From the NCBI GenBank assembly GCA_964234715.1, contig OZ174277.1: a stretch of DNA of 64,000 nucleotides, one strand, 5' to 3'. This document shows, piece after piece, positions 38,721-50,872 of the stretch. Position numbers and translations under genes: made by a program. Source of the DNA: Podarcis melisellensis (lineage: Eukaryota). Every line of letters starts with the position of its first letter. The stretch's first letter is position 1. The notes under the pieces were generated by a model. It was given only the letters and a program-made list of their open reading frames with translations. It was not told where the DNA came from and ran no database searches.

Positions 38721-40639
38721 AGGGAGAAGAGAGTTGGGTGTTTTATATATACTGGCTTTTGTTCCTTCTTTGTGCAAGGAATCATGGAGTTGTAGAGTTG
38801 GAAGCCCCCCTCCCCCGAGAGTCATCTAGTCTAACCCTCTGCAATGCAGGAATATCAAAAAGCATCCATGACAGATGGCCGTCCAACCTTTGCTTAAAAA
38901 CCTCCCGCCAGCTCCCAAGGGAGTGTCCACAGCTCTTCCTTGAAAAGAAAGGTTTCAGAAGTTCAAGCCAGCCGGAAAGGTGGTCTCAATCCTGGATGAA
39001 TTGGCAGAGATGCGGGTGCCCTCGGGTGGCACATTGCTGGATGAAAGTTGTGCCTATGAATTCAAAGCACATCCGGTGTACATTTAAAGCACGTGACTTC
39101 CCCCCCCCCGGGGATCCTGGAGACGGCCGTTTCCCCCTCACAGCTAAAATTCCCAGCACCCTAAGCAGGCTATGCTTCCCAGGGTTCTTTGGAGGAAATT
39201 GCATGCTTTAAATGAGTATTGGATGTGCTGTCGTTTTACATCTGGGTGGTGATCTTTTAAGTGGGCTTGGGAAATTGGCCATTCTGGTGTTACTGGAATC
39301 AGTCACTCATCAGTCCCAGCCAGCATAGCCAATAGCCAGGAATGACAGGAGCTGTAATCCCAGCAGGAGCTGCGGGGAACCAGGTTCCCCATTCTTTGTG
39401 TATTGGCTTGTTTGTTTACAGAGAGATTGGACAATATTTTCCTGTGACTTCCTTATTGCAAAACTAAAGCTAAAAAACAATAGTTCCATTGGGGAAGCAG
39501 GTTTGTTGCGCAAAAGATACAAAACGCCTTTAATTGCACAACCGGAATTTGACAGTATATAATTGAATCCCACCCGAAATTAGTCTGGAAGTGCATTTAG
39601 GGGGACAGGTCCGATTGACATTCTTCCTGTGGACTTGCATCTCGTTCCACGTTGATATCCACTTCCTAGCTACAACAGTACCAAAAGCAGTTTCACCTTA
39701 GAAGTGCGTGCCTTCCGCGTTTCCATTGCCTTTCAGTTTGCACTGATTTTTAAGTTGATTTGGGGGACGGATGTATGTGTGGACAGCACGTGCTCTGCCT
39801 CAGAGTACTTTAGCGCCTGTGAAACTTTCATCACCTTAGGGCTACCTTGTTTACCTGACCACAGGCATGCTGAGATTGTTATTCCTCGGCAGGTGCTATC
39901 CTCTTCCAGCCCTTTCATTTGTAGTGTTTGCGTAGGTGGACTAGATCAAAGGCTTTTAGATGTGGTTTTAAATAAACTTTTTTTTTTACACAAAAAAAGT
40001 GTGAAAGGGGTTATAGCACTCTAAAGTTGTTTAAAATGTTTTTACTACCTGAGTGTAAACTTGTGTTTATAAGGGATCGTTTTTCATGGAAATCGGGGAG
40101 GGGGGGGAGGTTGTAGTTGCAAGTACAAGGCCCAGAGACAACATCTGTTCCTCAAGTGAAAATTTATCCAGAGTATGAACTCTTGAGTCCCTTTTCTCAT
40201 ACCCCCTTGCTGTGTAGATTTCAGGATGTTGCAGCTGAGGGGGAAAGAGGACCAAAGGATGGGACGGCACAGTATCAGGCCATGAGTCACTGCCAGAAGC
40301 ATTATACCTCTGAATGCCAATTTCTGGAAATCCCAAGTTAGGAAGACAGTGTTGTGCTCAGGTCCTGCCTGTCCGCTTCACACTGGTATCAGGTTGGCCG
40401 TTTTGGAAGCAGAAGACCAACAATATTTGGAGGGCCATGAAGGGTAGGCAAGGCTCTTTGCCTGAACGTGCATCAACCATAAAGATTTGGTGTGCACCTT
40501 GGACACTCCCATTAATATACATTAAAGACTCTCCTGGGGAAATTTCATAATCTATTGTTAAATGATAGGTTGGGAAATGAAGCTGCATGCTGGATGACTC
40601 AGAAACTATGGGACTCAATGCCACAGGAAGCAATGATGG

Positions 40640-42210
40640 CCAACCACTTGGATGGTCGGTGGTCTCCGGCAGGCTAGGGACAAAGGTGAAAGCTGTTTCA
40701 TAGTTCTGCTGGATCTCTCGGTGGCCTTTGATACCATCAACCATAACATCCTTCTGGACTGTCTACAGGGGTTGGGAGCTGGGGGCACTGTTATACAGTT
40801 GTTCCGCTCCTTTCTCATGGTCCGTGTCCAGAAAGTGGTGTTGGAAGATGAGTGTTCAGACCCCTGGGATCTCACTTGTGGGGTACCTCAGGGTTCTGTC
40901 CTCTCCCCCATGCTTTTCAACATCTGCATGCATCCGCTGGGAGAGATCATCAGGGGGTTTGGGCTGAGTGTTCAGCAATATGTGGATGATACCCAGCTCT
41001 ACCTCTCTTTCAAATCAGAACCACTGAGGACAGTGAAGGTCTTGTATGAGTGTCTGGAGGCAGTTGGAGGATGGATGGCATCTAACAGATTGAGGTTGAA
41101 TCCTGACAAGACAGAAGTACTGTTCTTGGGGGACAGGGGGCAGGTTGGTGTGGAGGACTCCCTGATCCTGAATGGAGTAACTGCCCTTGAAGGACCGGGT
41201 GCGCAGCCTGCGTGTCATTTTGGACTCACAGCTGTCCACAGAGGCACAGGTCAGTTCTGTGTCCAGGGCAGCTATCTACCAGCTCCATCTGGTATGCAGG
41301 CTGAGACCCTACCTGCCTGTGGACTGTCTTGCCAGAGTGGTGTATGCTCCACTTGGACTACTGCAACGTGCTTTGCGTGGGGCTACCTTTGAAGGTGACT
41401 CGGAAACTGCAATTAATCCAGAATGTGGCAGCTAGACTGGTGACTGGGAGTGGATGCCAATACCATATAACACCGGACCTGAAACACCTACATTGGCTCC
41501 CAGTGCGTTTCTGAGCAGCAGAGACATCACCTTGCCGACCAAGGTCCGTATACTTAAAGCTATGGTTTTCCCAGTGGTGATGTATGGAAGTGGGAGCTGG
41601 ACCATAAAGAAGGCTGATTGCCGAAGAATTGATGCTTTTGAATTATGGTGCTGGAGGAGACTCTTGAGAGTCCCATGGACTGCAAGAAGATCAAACCTAT
41701 CCATTCTTAAGGACATCAGCCCTGAGTGCTCACTGGAAGGACAGATCATGAACCTGAGGCTCCAAAACTTTGGCCACCTCATGAGAAGAGAAGACTTCCT
41801 GGAAAAGACCCTGATGTTGGGGAAGATGGGGGGCACAAGGAGAAGGGGACGACAGAGGGCGATATGGTTGGCCAGTGTTCTCGAAGCTACCAGCATGAGT
41901 TTGACCAAACTGTGGGAGGCAGTGGAAGAGAGGAGTGCCTGGTATGCTCTGGTCCATGGGGGTCACGAAGAGTCGGACACGACTATACAACAACAACAAC
42001 AATGTTTCTGAGAACAATTCAGTGTGTTGGTGCTGACTGTAAAGCCCTAAACGGCCTCAGTCCAGTATATCTGAAGGAGCGTCTCCACCCCCATCATTCT
42101 ACCCGGACACTGAGGTCCAGCACCGAGGGCCTTCTGGTGGTTCCCTCACTGCGAGAGGCCAAGTTACAGGGAACCAGGCAGAGGGCCTTCTCAGTAGTGG
42201 CGCCCTGCTT
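40640..42210 (+). mobile_element. L2-clade LINE (RT and 3' region), degenerate, interrupted by BovB
   Basis: RT motifs LLDLSVAFDTINH, GVPQGSVLSPMLFNI, YVDDTQLY, LRLNPDKTE and LHWLPV. Confidence 0.87.
41516..42003 (+). mobile_element. BovB LINE 3' fragment nested in L2
   Basis: Same peptide as the 20931 copy, (CAA)n tail and TSD GTTTCTGAG (41507-15 / 42004-12). Confidence 0.92.
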
Positions 42211-42515
42211 CAGTTATCTGGCTTAATACAAGCCAGGATCTTTGCACAAAACTAATCTATAACAGGAGAATAGGCAGGGCACTGGGGGTGGAGTCCCAGC
42301 TCCATAGCGTATGGAGCCTGGAATAATCACCTGAACTTGGTCACTGAGTGGTTAGTTATCCTGAAATCCAATAAGGCTGAGCACCTTTGTCCAGATGACG
42401 TTCTGTTTTTCTCTTGGATAATGCAATTCTATATTTGTGTATTATGAAGAACAAGGCCTGACCTTTGGCATTGTGTAGATATCTAAAGTAGCCCTTATCT
42501 TTCTGTATTACTTAG

Positions 42516-42615
42516 GTGATACCGGCCAAGGAATAAGAGACTGGATCAAAGGGGTTTTGAGTCACGATTTGTCTTTCCAGCATATAAAAGTCATTTATCC
42601 AACAGCTCCTGCCAG
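42516..42615 (+). CDS. LYPLAL1: LYPLAL1 coding exon 2
   Basis: ttag acceptor and gtattt donor; 100 nt. Encodes (G)[32 protein letters not shown](R). Phase fits exons 1 and 3. Confidence 0.95.
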
Positions 42616-43164
42616 GTATTTCTTTAATGCATTTTTATACTAGCCTTCCTTTATTCCCTTCTTTAAAAACTGTTTGTTATTAAGGTTGTAACTAATTGAC
42701 ATAAAGGTTTGCAGATATGTCCTAAGTTGAATTTGCAAAACTACTTTTCTCCAGTTATGTTGTGACATTCGCATTTACCCCCAGTGTGAGGGCAAGTTGT
42801 AAGTAAGCTGTATACTGTGTTTATTTGATGACAGAGGTAGGCTTTGACTTCTGATATTTAACCACTTATAGGAGGAGGGCAGAACACTCCACCTCTGCTC
42901 TTCAATATGTACTGGGGTTCTCAATGAATTATCCCTCAGTATGAATAGCAATACAGGTTCCCTAGTCCATTGATAAATCCAGCATCCTCCATCTGAAAAA
43001 AAATCTTAGTGTCAAAGCCTCCAGCGAGCATATATGCAAGTGCTTTTTGACGTTGAACAATAAAGCTTTTTATTCTTTAAAAATAAATAAATAGAACAAT
43101 TATTTCAGGATTTTGCAGTACATGTAATTGTGCCTCCCCGCCCCCACATGTGCACATGTGTATA

Positions 43165-43395
43165 CAGTGGTACCTCAGGTTAAGTACTTAATTCATTCCG
43201 GAGGTCCGTTCTTAACCTGAAACTGTTCTTAACCTGAAGCACCACTTTAGCTAATGGGGCCTCCTGCTGCCGCCATGCGATTTCTGTTCTCATCCTGAAG
43301 CAAAGTTCTTAACCCGAGGTACTATTTCTGGGTTAGCGGAGTCTATAACCTGAAGCGTATGTAACCTGAAGCGTATGTAACTCGAGGTACCACTG
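43165..43395 (+). mobile_element. Tc1/mariner MITE, copy 5 (LYPLAL1 intron 2)
   Basis: Same family; TA TSD. Confidence 0.88.
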
Positions 43396-43572
43396 TACTA
43401 CCCCCTAGAGAAGAATAAAAATTAATGCTCAGTTTCTATATTTGTTTTTAAATAACTGGCTCTCGTTAGGATCTTTGGCTTCAGCGCTCTCGCAAATTGT
43501 CAACCCCATTTACATTTCCTGAGTTACCTGCAGTGATTCTGATGTCACTGTTTCCCAGAGATCAGAGGAAGC

Positions 43573-43702
43573 NNNNNNNNNNNNNNNNNNNNNNNNNNNN
43601 NNNNNNNNNNNNNNNNNNNNNNNNNNNNNNNNNNNNNNNNNNNNNNNNNNNNNNNNNNNNNNNNNNNNNNNNNNNNNNNNNNNNNNNNNNNNNNNNNNNN
43701 NN
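43573..43702. other. Assembly gap (N run)
   Basis: 130 N. Confidence 0.99.
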
Positions 43703-44345
43703 CCGCTGTTGAGACCTTTATTAATGATGCTGAGGAAGGCAGGTCCAATCAGGGTGAATGGCAGAAATAGCTAATGCAGCATAACACTCTGTGCGGTGTT
43801 TAGTTGGCTCTCGAAAGCTGTTTCTTTGATCCACTAATTAATTAATCTGAATTACTGGAATTAACCAGATTCCGTCTCCCTGGTGCCAGCAGGCCAGCTG
43901 TGCAACCCTAAGATTTGTTGTGCCACTAAGTCAATGATTAGCATATAGAGCATGCCAATTGCAGCACAGGCATCAATTTGTGGGTGGGAATATTTTAGGT
44001 TTTGCCAGGTCTGTGTGAAAAGTAGGCAGAGCCTTCTTTTTTCTTCTTTTTTTAAGCAATGCAACCACAGCTCACTTTCAGCGACAAGGCCAGCATGGCA
44101 GAGTTTGCCTGGAAAACTCATCAACCAATGTGATAAACATCTGTGGGGAATACTTTAAGTATAGACTGTCTTCCCACAGTCAGAATTTGGTGTAAATCTG
44201 TGATTCCCAAACTGTGCTATGACAGGCATACTTTTGTGCTGCAACAGGAACTATAAGGACTAACTATAACTTAAGGACTAAAAGATTGAAAATGGCATAC
44301 GCTTTTACGGACTACAGTCTGCTTCATCAGATGCATGACATGTTA

Positions 44346-44350
<5 letters not shown>

Positions 44351-44385
<35 letters not shown>
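44351..44385. repeat. (GT)n microsatellite
   Basis: Directly visible in the sequence. Confidence 0.95.
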
Positions 44386-44386
<1 letters not shown>

Positions 44387-44560
44387 TGTTATACACACAT
44401 AAGAGACTGCTGAACCAGGCCAGCAGCCCGTCTAGTTCTCACAATGGCCAATCAGATCCCACAGAGACCACCAAGAGGCCAGCCACACACACACACAAAC
44501 CATAGTGTAAATGGGAGTGTAAATAGTAGCATCAGAAGGAAAGGAAGAGAAGTCCAGCTG

Positions 44561-44599
<39 letters not shown>

Positions 44600-44605
<6 letters not shown>

Positions 44606-45045
44606 TATTATTTATACCCCGCCCATCTGTCTGGGCCTCCCCAGCCACTCTGGACGGCTTCCAACAAAACACTAAAATACAATAACCTATTAAACATTAA
44701 AGGCTTCCTTAAACAGGGCTGCCTTCAGATGTCTTCTAAAAGTTTGGTAGTTGTTTTTCTCTTTGACATCTGGTGGGAGGGCGTTCCACAGGGTGGGTGC
44801 CACTACCGAGAAGGCCCTCTGCCTGGTTCCCTGTAACTTGGCTTCTCACAGCGAGGGAACTGCCAGAAGGCCCTCGGCGCTGGACCTCAGTGTCCGGGCA
44901 GAACGATGGAGGTGGAGACGCTCCTTCAGGTATACTGGACCGAGGCCATTTAGGGCTTTAAAGGTCAGGACCAACACACTGAATTGTGCTCGGAAACTTA
45001 CTGGGAGCCAGTGTAGGTCTTTCAAGACTGGTGTTATATGGTCTC
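44600..45045 (-). mobile_element. L2-type LINE 3' end with an (AAT)n/(ATT)n tail
   Basis: Reverse complement resembles the L2 3' region at 42020-42200. The tail microsatellite is at 44561-44604. Confidence 0.8.
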
Positions 45046-46389
45046 ATTCACAGAAAGCCGGCGCTTGGTAACACAGGGATTCTAGCATGGGTAAGCCAAT
45101 TAACACACGTATTGTGTCCATTGCGCTGATTCAGGCCACAAGTGATAGCATTGAAGGAGCCGCAAGACTCATGGGGTGGAGAATCACACTTTTCCATTCC
45201 TTCCTTCCATGCAAGCAATCCAGCCGCAACAACTTTCCCCTGCCCATGTACTGTTCTCAGGGTTCTCCTGTCGCTGGGTCCAAAAGCCTCCAAGGACATA
45301 GTGTGTTAGCCAGTGTTTACATCTGACATGAGGAACTGTGCCCCCCCCAATTATCCCTGACCCACCCCTGGGATTGCTGGCTGCGGCTGATGGGAATTTA
45401 TAGTCAATAACAACTTAAAGGGGAGCCTCCCACCCTCTGGTTCGCATGCAGGAGGTAAATTTAAGGGATGTGTTTTTCGAAAGCAGAGTTCTAGAAGGTT
45501 CATAGTTGTGGCCAAACGATACTTTTGCAAACGCTGGCAAACGTACCGGCTGGGAATTACGGTTTGCATTTGCATGAGTCATTGAATTAAGGGAGATGTA
45601 GAAATAACAACTGCATCAACTTTCAGTGGTTAAATATAACTTCTAGCGTAATCAAAGACATGCTTACTCAGAAGCAAGCCCCACTATGTTTAGTGAGGCT
45701 TTTTTTGCAGGTAAAACTGCATAAGATTGCAATCTTAATCTTTTTTGTCTTTTCAATCATTGTGAGTAAATGTGCTGTAACTGAAGTCAGGGCTTTAAAA
45801 AATACCATGCGCTGCCACGTCTGTCCAAGTGGTTTTTAAAAGCAAACAGGGCAGACATAGCTGCAAATTTATGTTTCAGCTGCTGGAAGTGTGACTTAAG
45901 CCTTTTGTTTTCTTTTGAATGTCTAAATTTGAACAGAATACTGCTCCTTTTTTGTTGTAGCCTTTCTGTTCAATAGAAAGTGATAGTTTAAATTGGCATT
46001 GTAGCAGCTAACGTGGTCAAGTTAAAATTATGTCGTCTCCACTTTTTTGAAATAACTATGCCATACCTTTTTATGTTTCCCTTCGGCAAATCTAGGTCAA
46101 AGAATCTTTGCGTTATGTAGCATTTCCTTCTTGAAATTCTTCCTGCTGCAAATCCAGAGTTAACCTATCAGTAAACAGAGATACCCTACATGTGTTCTTT
46201 TCAATAGACAACAGATAACTTACGTGCTTTTCAGGATACATTTTGCAAAGAATTTTGATCTCTTTTCATTTGAGTAAATATTTGTGGAAAATGGCTTACA
46301 AAGCAATGCAGACCCCCACCCACCCCACCTCGAGCTTCTCATAGGAGGTCCCTCGCTCCTTCTCTGGCCACGGTACAGAATCACTAATT

Positions 46390-46780
46390 AATAATAATAA
46401 TTTTATTATTTATGCCCCACCCATCTGGCTGGGTTTCCCCAGCCACTCTGGGGAGCTCCCAACAGAAGACTAAAAACAGAATAAAACTTCAAACATTAAA
46501 AACTTCCCTAAACAGGGCTGCCTTCAGATGTCTTCCAAAAGTCAGATAGTTGTTTATTTCCTTGACATCTGATGGGAGGGCGTTCCACAGGGCAGGTGCC
46601 ACCACCAAAAAGGCCTTCTGCCTGGTTCTCTGTAACCTCACTTCTCACAGTGAGGGAACCACCAGAAGGCCCTCAGCGCTGGACCTCAGTGTCCAGGGTG
46701 AACGATGGGGGGTTGAGACGCTCCTTCAGGTAGACAGGGCCGAGGCCGTTTAGGGCTTTAAAGGTCGGCACCAACACTAG
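46390..46780 (-). mobile_element. L2-type LINE 3' end
   Basis: Highly similar to 44600-44975. Confidence 0.8.
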
Positions 46781-49700
46781 TCAGTTTGGCCCTGTTTCAA
46801 GTATATTGGCAGCTACTTGATCCACAGTAGCTTTTTAAAAATCATAACTGGGCTGAATCAGTAAAATTGTGTCGGCAAGATTCCAGTGCATAGTACCCAC
46901 CCATATTCTCAAGCAAATATTTCATTAATTCCCATCTCTGTTCACCAACCTCAACCAACACAGACTTTTCTAGATTGAGATCTTTATAGATGTCTACAAG
47001 GGAGTCAGGGGTTCCTGTACTTCGGTTCTGTTTTGTGGTGCCATCAATGAATCTCAGGAGAAGTTCAAGTCTCTTTGCATTTCTTTTCTACTGGATCTCT
47101 TTGCTTTTGGCAAATGGATGGTTTTTAGGCGGGCAGTGTTAGAGAGCTCACATATAGGAGTTGTAGTCAAACACTTGGAGGGCTATGGGTTCTCAGCCAG
47201 TTTAGGCAAAACCCAAGCCTTGTTGGGCCCAGTTGTGCAAGATTTCACTAGAGATTTTAGAACTCTATATTACGGGCACCTTACAATTTGTCTCCTTATC
47301 CAGAAATGTGTTATTTCTCGTCACAACATCCAGGTAACCCCAAGAGGCAAGAACTATTTTTCTTGGTGTCTCTTTCGGAGGCTCCATTTATTTATGGTTT
47401 TATTCAGTACTTTTATAACTGCAAGATCAAGTGATGACTTACATGTGCGAATGGACCATACAGAGAGGAAAACCCAACAGCCGATCATCCAAGTATACGG
47501 AAATCAAGTAGAGCGACAAAAGAGCCGTGTTTACACCAATGTGTAAATCAGTTCTTCCAGGAGGAAGCTAGTAAAACTAGCGCCAGGTGTACCTGAATTC
47601 TTTCTTTTTGTCTTAGACATTGTAGTTTTTGCTTCTGGAGGATATGCAGTAAAGAGATTAAAATGATCATAGTCGCCCCAGGATTCCCCAAGTGCAAGTA
47701 CTGAGTCCTCCCTCCTCTGCTGGAGTCTTTTAGTTGCTCTTGGTTCAGGCATTCACAGTGTAATATTCGGTGGGTTGCTAGCTTTTAATATTATATATAT
47801 GTTTATTGAAAAGTTTGGATGCCTAGATAGTCCATGAGGAATTTTAGATTGCCAGCTTTATCCTTGCATAAATATAAACCTGAAATGCATTCTAGCTTAT
47901 ACTTTAAAACCAATCCATTAAGTCTTGCATCCTAAATTTTCTGAAAGTTTGGAGCCAATGAAGTGATACAGGGGCAGGTTTAAAGTATATGTCTGTTTCT
48001 AGTAGAGGAAGACTTCTTTTTTGTGTTAGAAATTATTTTAATCCTTTTTAATGATGTTTTGAGGTTTTGAAGTCGGCTTGGCTTTATAGCAAATGGACAT
48101 GGAAACTGGAAAACCTTACTGCAAAGCCTTAGGCGCAGATTCAGGAAAGTAATTAAGCATATGCATCCATCTTTGATGGGTGAAGAACTAAAATGGATGA
48201 GATCTTGGGCCAAGTGGTTAAATCAACTCGCGTTGAAATCGGGGACACTTTAAACATTGTGTAACTTTGGTTGGGTTCTGCCCAGGGCTGATGGAAGCAG
48301 AAGAAATTTCAGCAGACGGCATTTATTACAATGAAGAAGCAGAGCTGACATTTTTAGATTGTTATTTTTGCATGTGCACATACATTAATCTGCTCTTCAG
48401 AGTGGTAGTTGAAAACGTTGGCATCGGTGCTGATGGTGAACGCTTCTTTTGCCAATGGGATGAGAGCCAAGAGACGTCAGGAGCTAGTACCAGCGGATTA
48501 ATCCACACAAAGAGGAACGTCAAGAAAAGAAAAGAAACCTCTTTGTTCTGTTGTTGAAGGAATGGCATCTTTACTATAGCCACGTCTACCCAGATTTAGC
48601 ACACACAGTTTGCAAGAAAAGGCTCTGCTGGCTGCTTCATTTAAAAAAAATAATAAAAAGGTGCAGTGTTTGCTTCTCTGTACCATCTGACAGCCTAATT
48701 GCCCATTAAAATTAGGCTTCAGATCCACACTGTATCGTCCCTTACCTGACAAATGTTTTATTTTGCTGCTAAACTGGATTGATGGTCCTGGAACTAGGCT
48801 GAGTTCCAGAGCTTCTTGGAAGAAGTGAGCTACACATTCTTCTTTCTGTTACACTTAAAAAAAAAAGATGAGAAGGGGACAGCACCCCCTGTTTAAGCAC
48901 ATGCATTTTGAACTAAACCTTCTCTTGCATTCTGATTTAGAAGAGCAGATCATATGCAAAAGGGTCAGGCAGGGTACGGTTAGCGTTAATGGAGGCAAAG
49001 GATACAGACTTTTGGAGGAATGGCTGCACATGTTGAAAAGAACAGGGGAGCTCTATATGAAAAGGGGAGTTCCATATGTGCATTGTGGTAACTATGAGCC
49101 AGTTGCGTTGGGTTAATGAAGATCAAATCACACACAGTGGTGACAGCTCTTGGGTAAAGTATTTATAAGCCACCTTGAACACAGGTTCCATACATCTAAC
49201 ATGGAATAGTTTCAGTCGCATAGAAATATGGGGATGGAAAGTTTGTAAACTGTCTCCTTTAGTGGGAAGTTGCACTGCAATTTAAAACCAAAGCCGTACC
49301 TGCAAGCTGTTACAAACCCCATAGTCAACAAGTATAAATTCTGGTACATCTGCAGTTCCTAAATCAGGCCACCAGTTGTCATTAAGGAGGAACCACATTT
49401 ACAGATGCCGTTCAAGTCATCTATTGAAAATGTTAATCCAAAGGGATGCAATCCCATATAGGAATGGGCCAATATGCACCATGTAGGGAGCAACCAAGGA
49501 AATAATGAACATGCACTGAAAAGTTGTATTTATTATTCATTAGAATCTTTTATATGCCACCTTTAAAGCAGATGTTGCCAAGGGAGCATACAACAGAGCA
49601 ATTTGAGGGTTTTTTTTTCTTTTTCCATAAGATTTTCTTGGAGGCTTTTTCATGATATAATAAGATAAAATAAACTTATCTAAATAAAAACAGAGAAAGA

Positions 49701-50702
49701 GAAAAGAAAACACAGAGTCCTCTCTCAAAGGGATCTCTTGACTCCTGTCTCACACAGAAAGTGGTAGACCCTCCCAGCTCTCACCTGGGAGCTTTCTTTT
49801 CTTCTCCCAACCTGGGAGGTATTCCCTTCCCTGTCTCTCACTCAGGATCCTTCCATCCATTCACCACCTTCATGTGCTGGTATAATCCTTGGACCCCCAA
49901 GGATACAACATGGCAATTTGATATAATCTATGAAAACACATTGAAGTTTTGCTATAAGCAGAAAGACGTGGTACACTTGGGGCTCCTCTTTTTAATCTCC
50001 TAGTTCTAAACTGAGAGAATCTCAGATACCTAGTCTCCAAAGCCACCCAAGAATTCAATATGGTGGTGCTGTTGGTTGGTTGATTTTATACACTGGTCTT
50101 AATGGTATCACACACAGACATACGCAGCTCCACTTACCGTATATCTTAATACCAGGGCTGTCTGTGGTCCAGATTACTGGAAGGGTTTAAAAAGCCAAAT
50201 AAAGAATTTCTGTCGTATGTTTTACATTCAAAGTAAATATGGTCTTGTTCACCTTGTGGAAATCTCCATTAGGAACGTGATACAAACAGCAAACTAAATC
50301 CACCTGCTGTATTCATAGCTGTAAAGAGAACCTGAAGCCAAATCCATTGGTCCAAGTTCTTGGTGTTAAGTAAAGCTTACTATTCTACCCTAAATCTCAG
50401 GCTTTCCCCTTGACTGCCTTTTTCACTCTGTAAGATCTGATGAGTTGTAACAACGAACCAATCTAGGGGCAATGGACTTTTTCTCTTACGCAGGCATCCC
50501 TTCTTGACATACATTCCCTCCAAATTACTAAGACAGCCACCCGTAATTTGAGCCTTACCTGGGTGGCTGAGTGACAGCCATCCATCACCACCCCCACCCT
50601 GGCACACATGGAGAGGCCCTAGGGCGTAGCATGGCTTCCTGATTTCCATGGCTATATATTACAGTTTTCTTCTTACACCTTTTTCATCGACTTTTCTTCC
50701 AG

Positions 50703-50872
50703 ACCATATACACCGATGAGAGGGTCCTTGTCCAACGTGTGGCATGACAGATATAAGATCTCTAATGATTGCCCGGAACATATTGAAACCATTGACTCAA
50801 TGTGTCAAGCACTTACGAGTTTGATTGATGATGAAGTTAAAAGCGGCATTGGAAAGAACAGGATACTCTTGG
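50703..50872 (+). CDS. LYPLAL1: LYPLAL1 coding exon 3
   Basis: Polypyrimidine tract with ccag acceptor and gtaaga donor; 170 nt. Encodes (R)[56 protein letters not shown](G). Confidence 0.95.

Noticed and set aside
47431-47596. Possible intronic C/D-box snoRNA (GTGATGA ... CTGA)
   Set aside because: The D box is about 160 nt away, with no terminal stem or recognisable rRNA guide.
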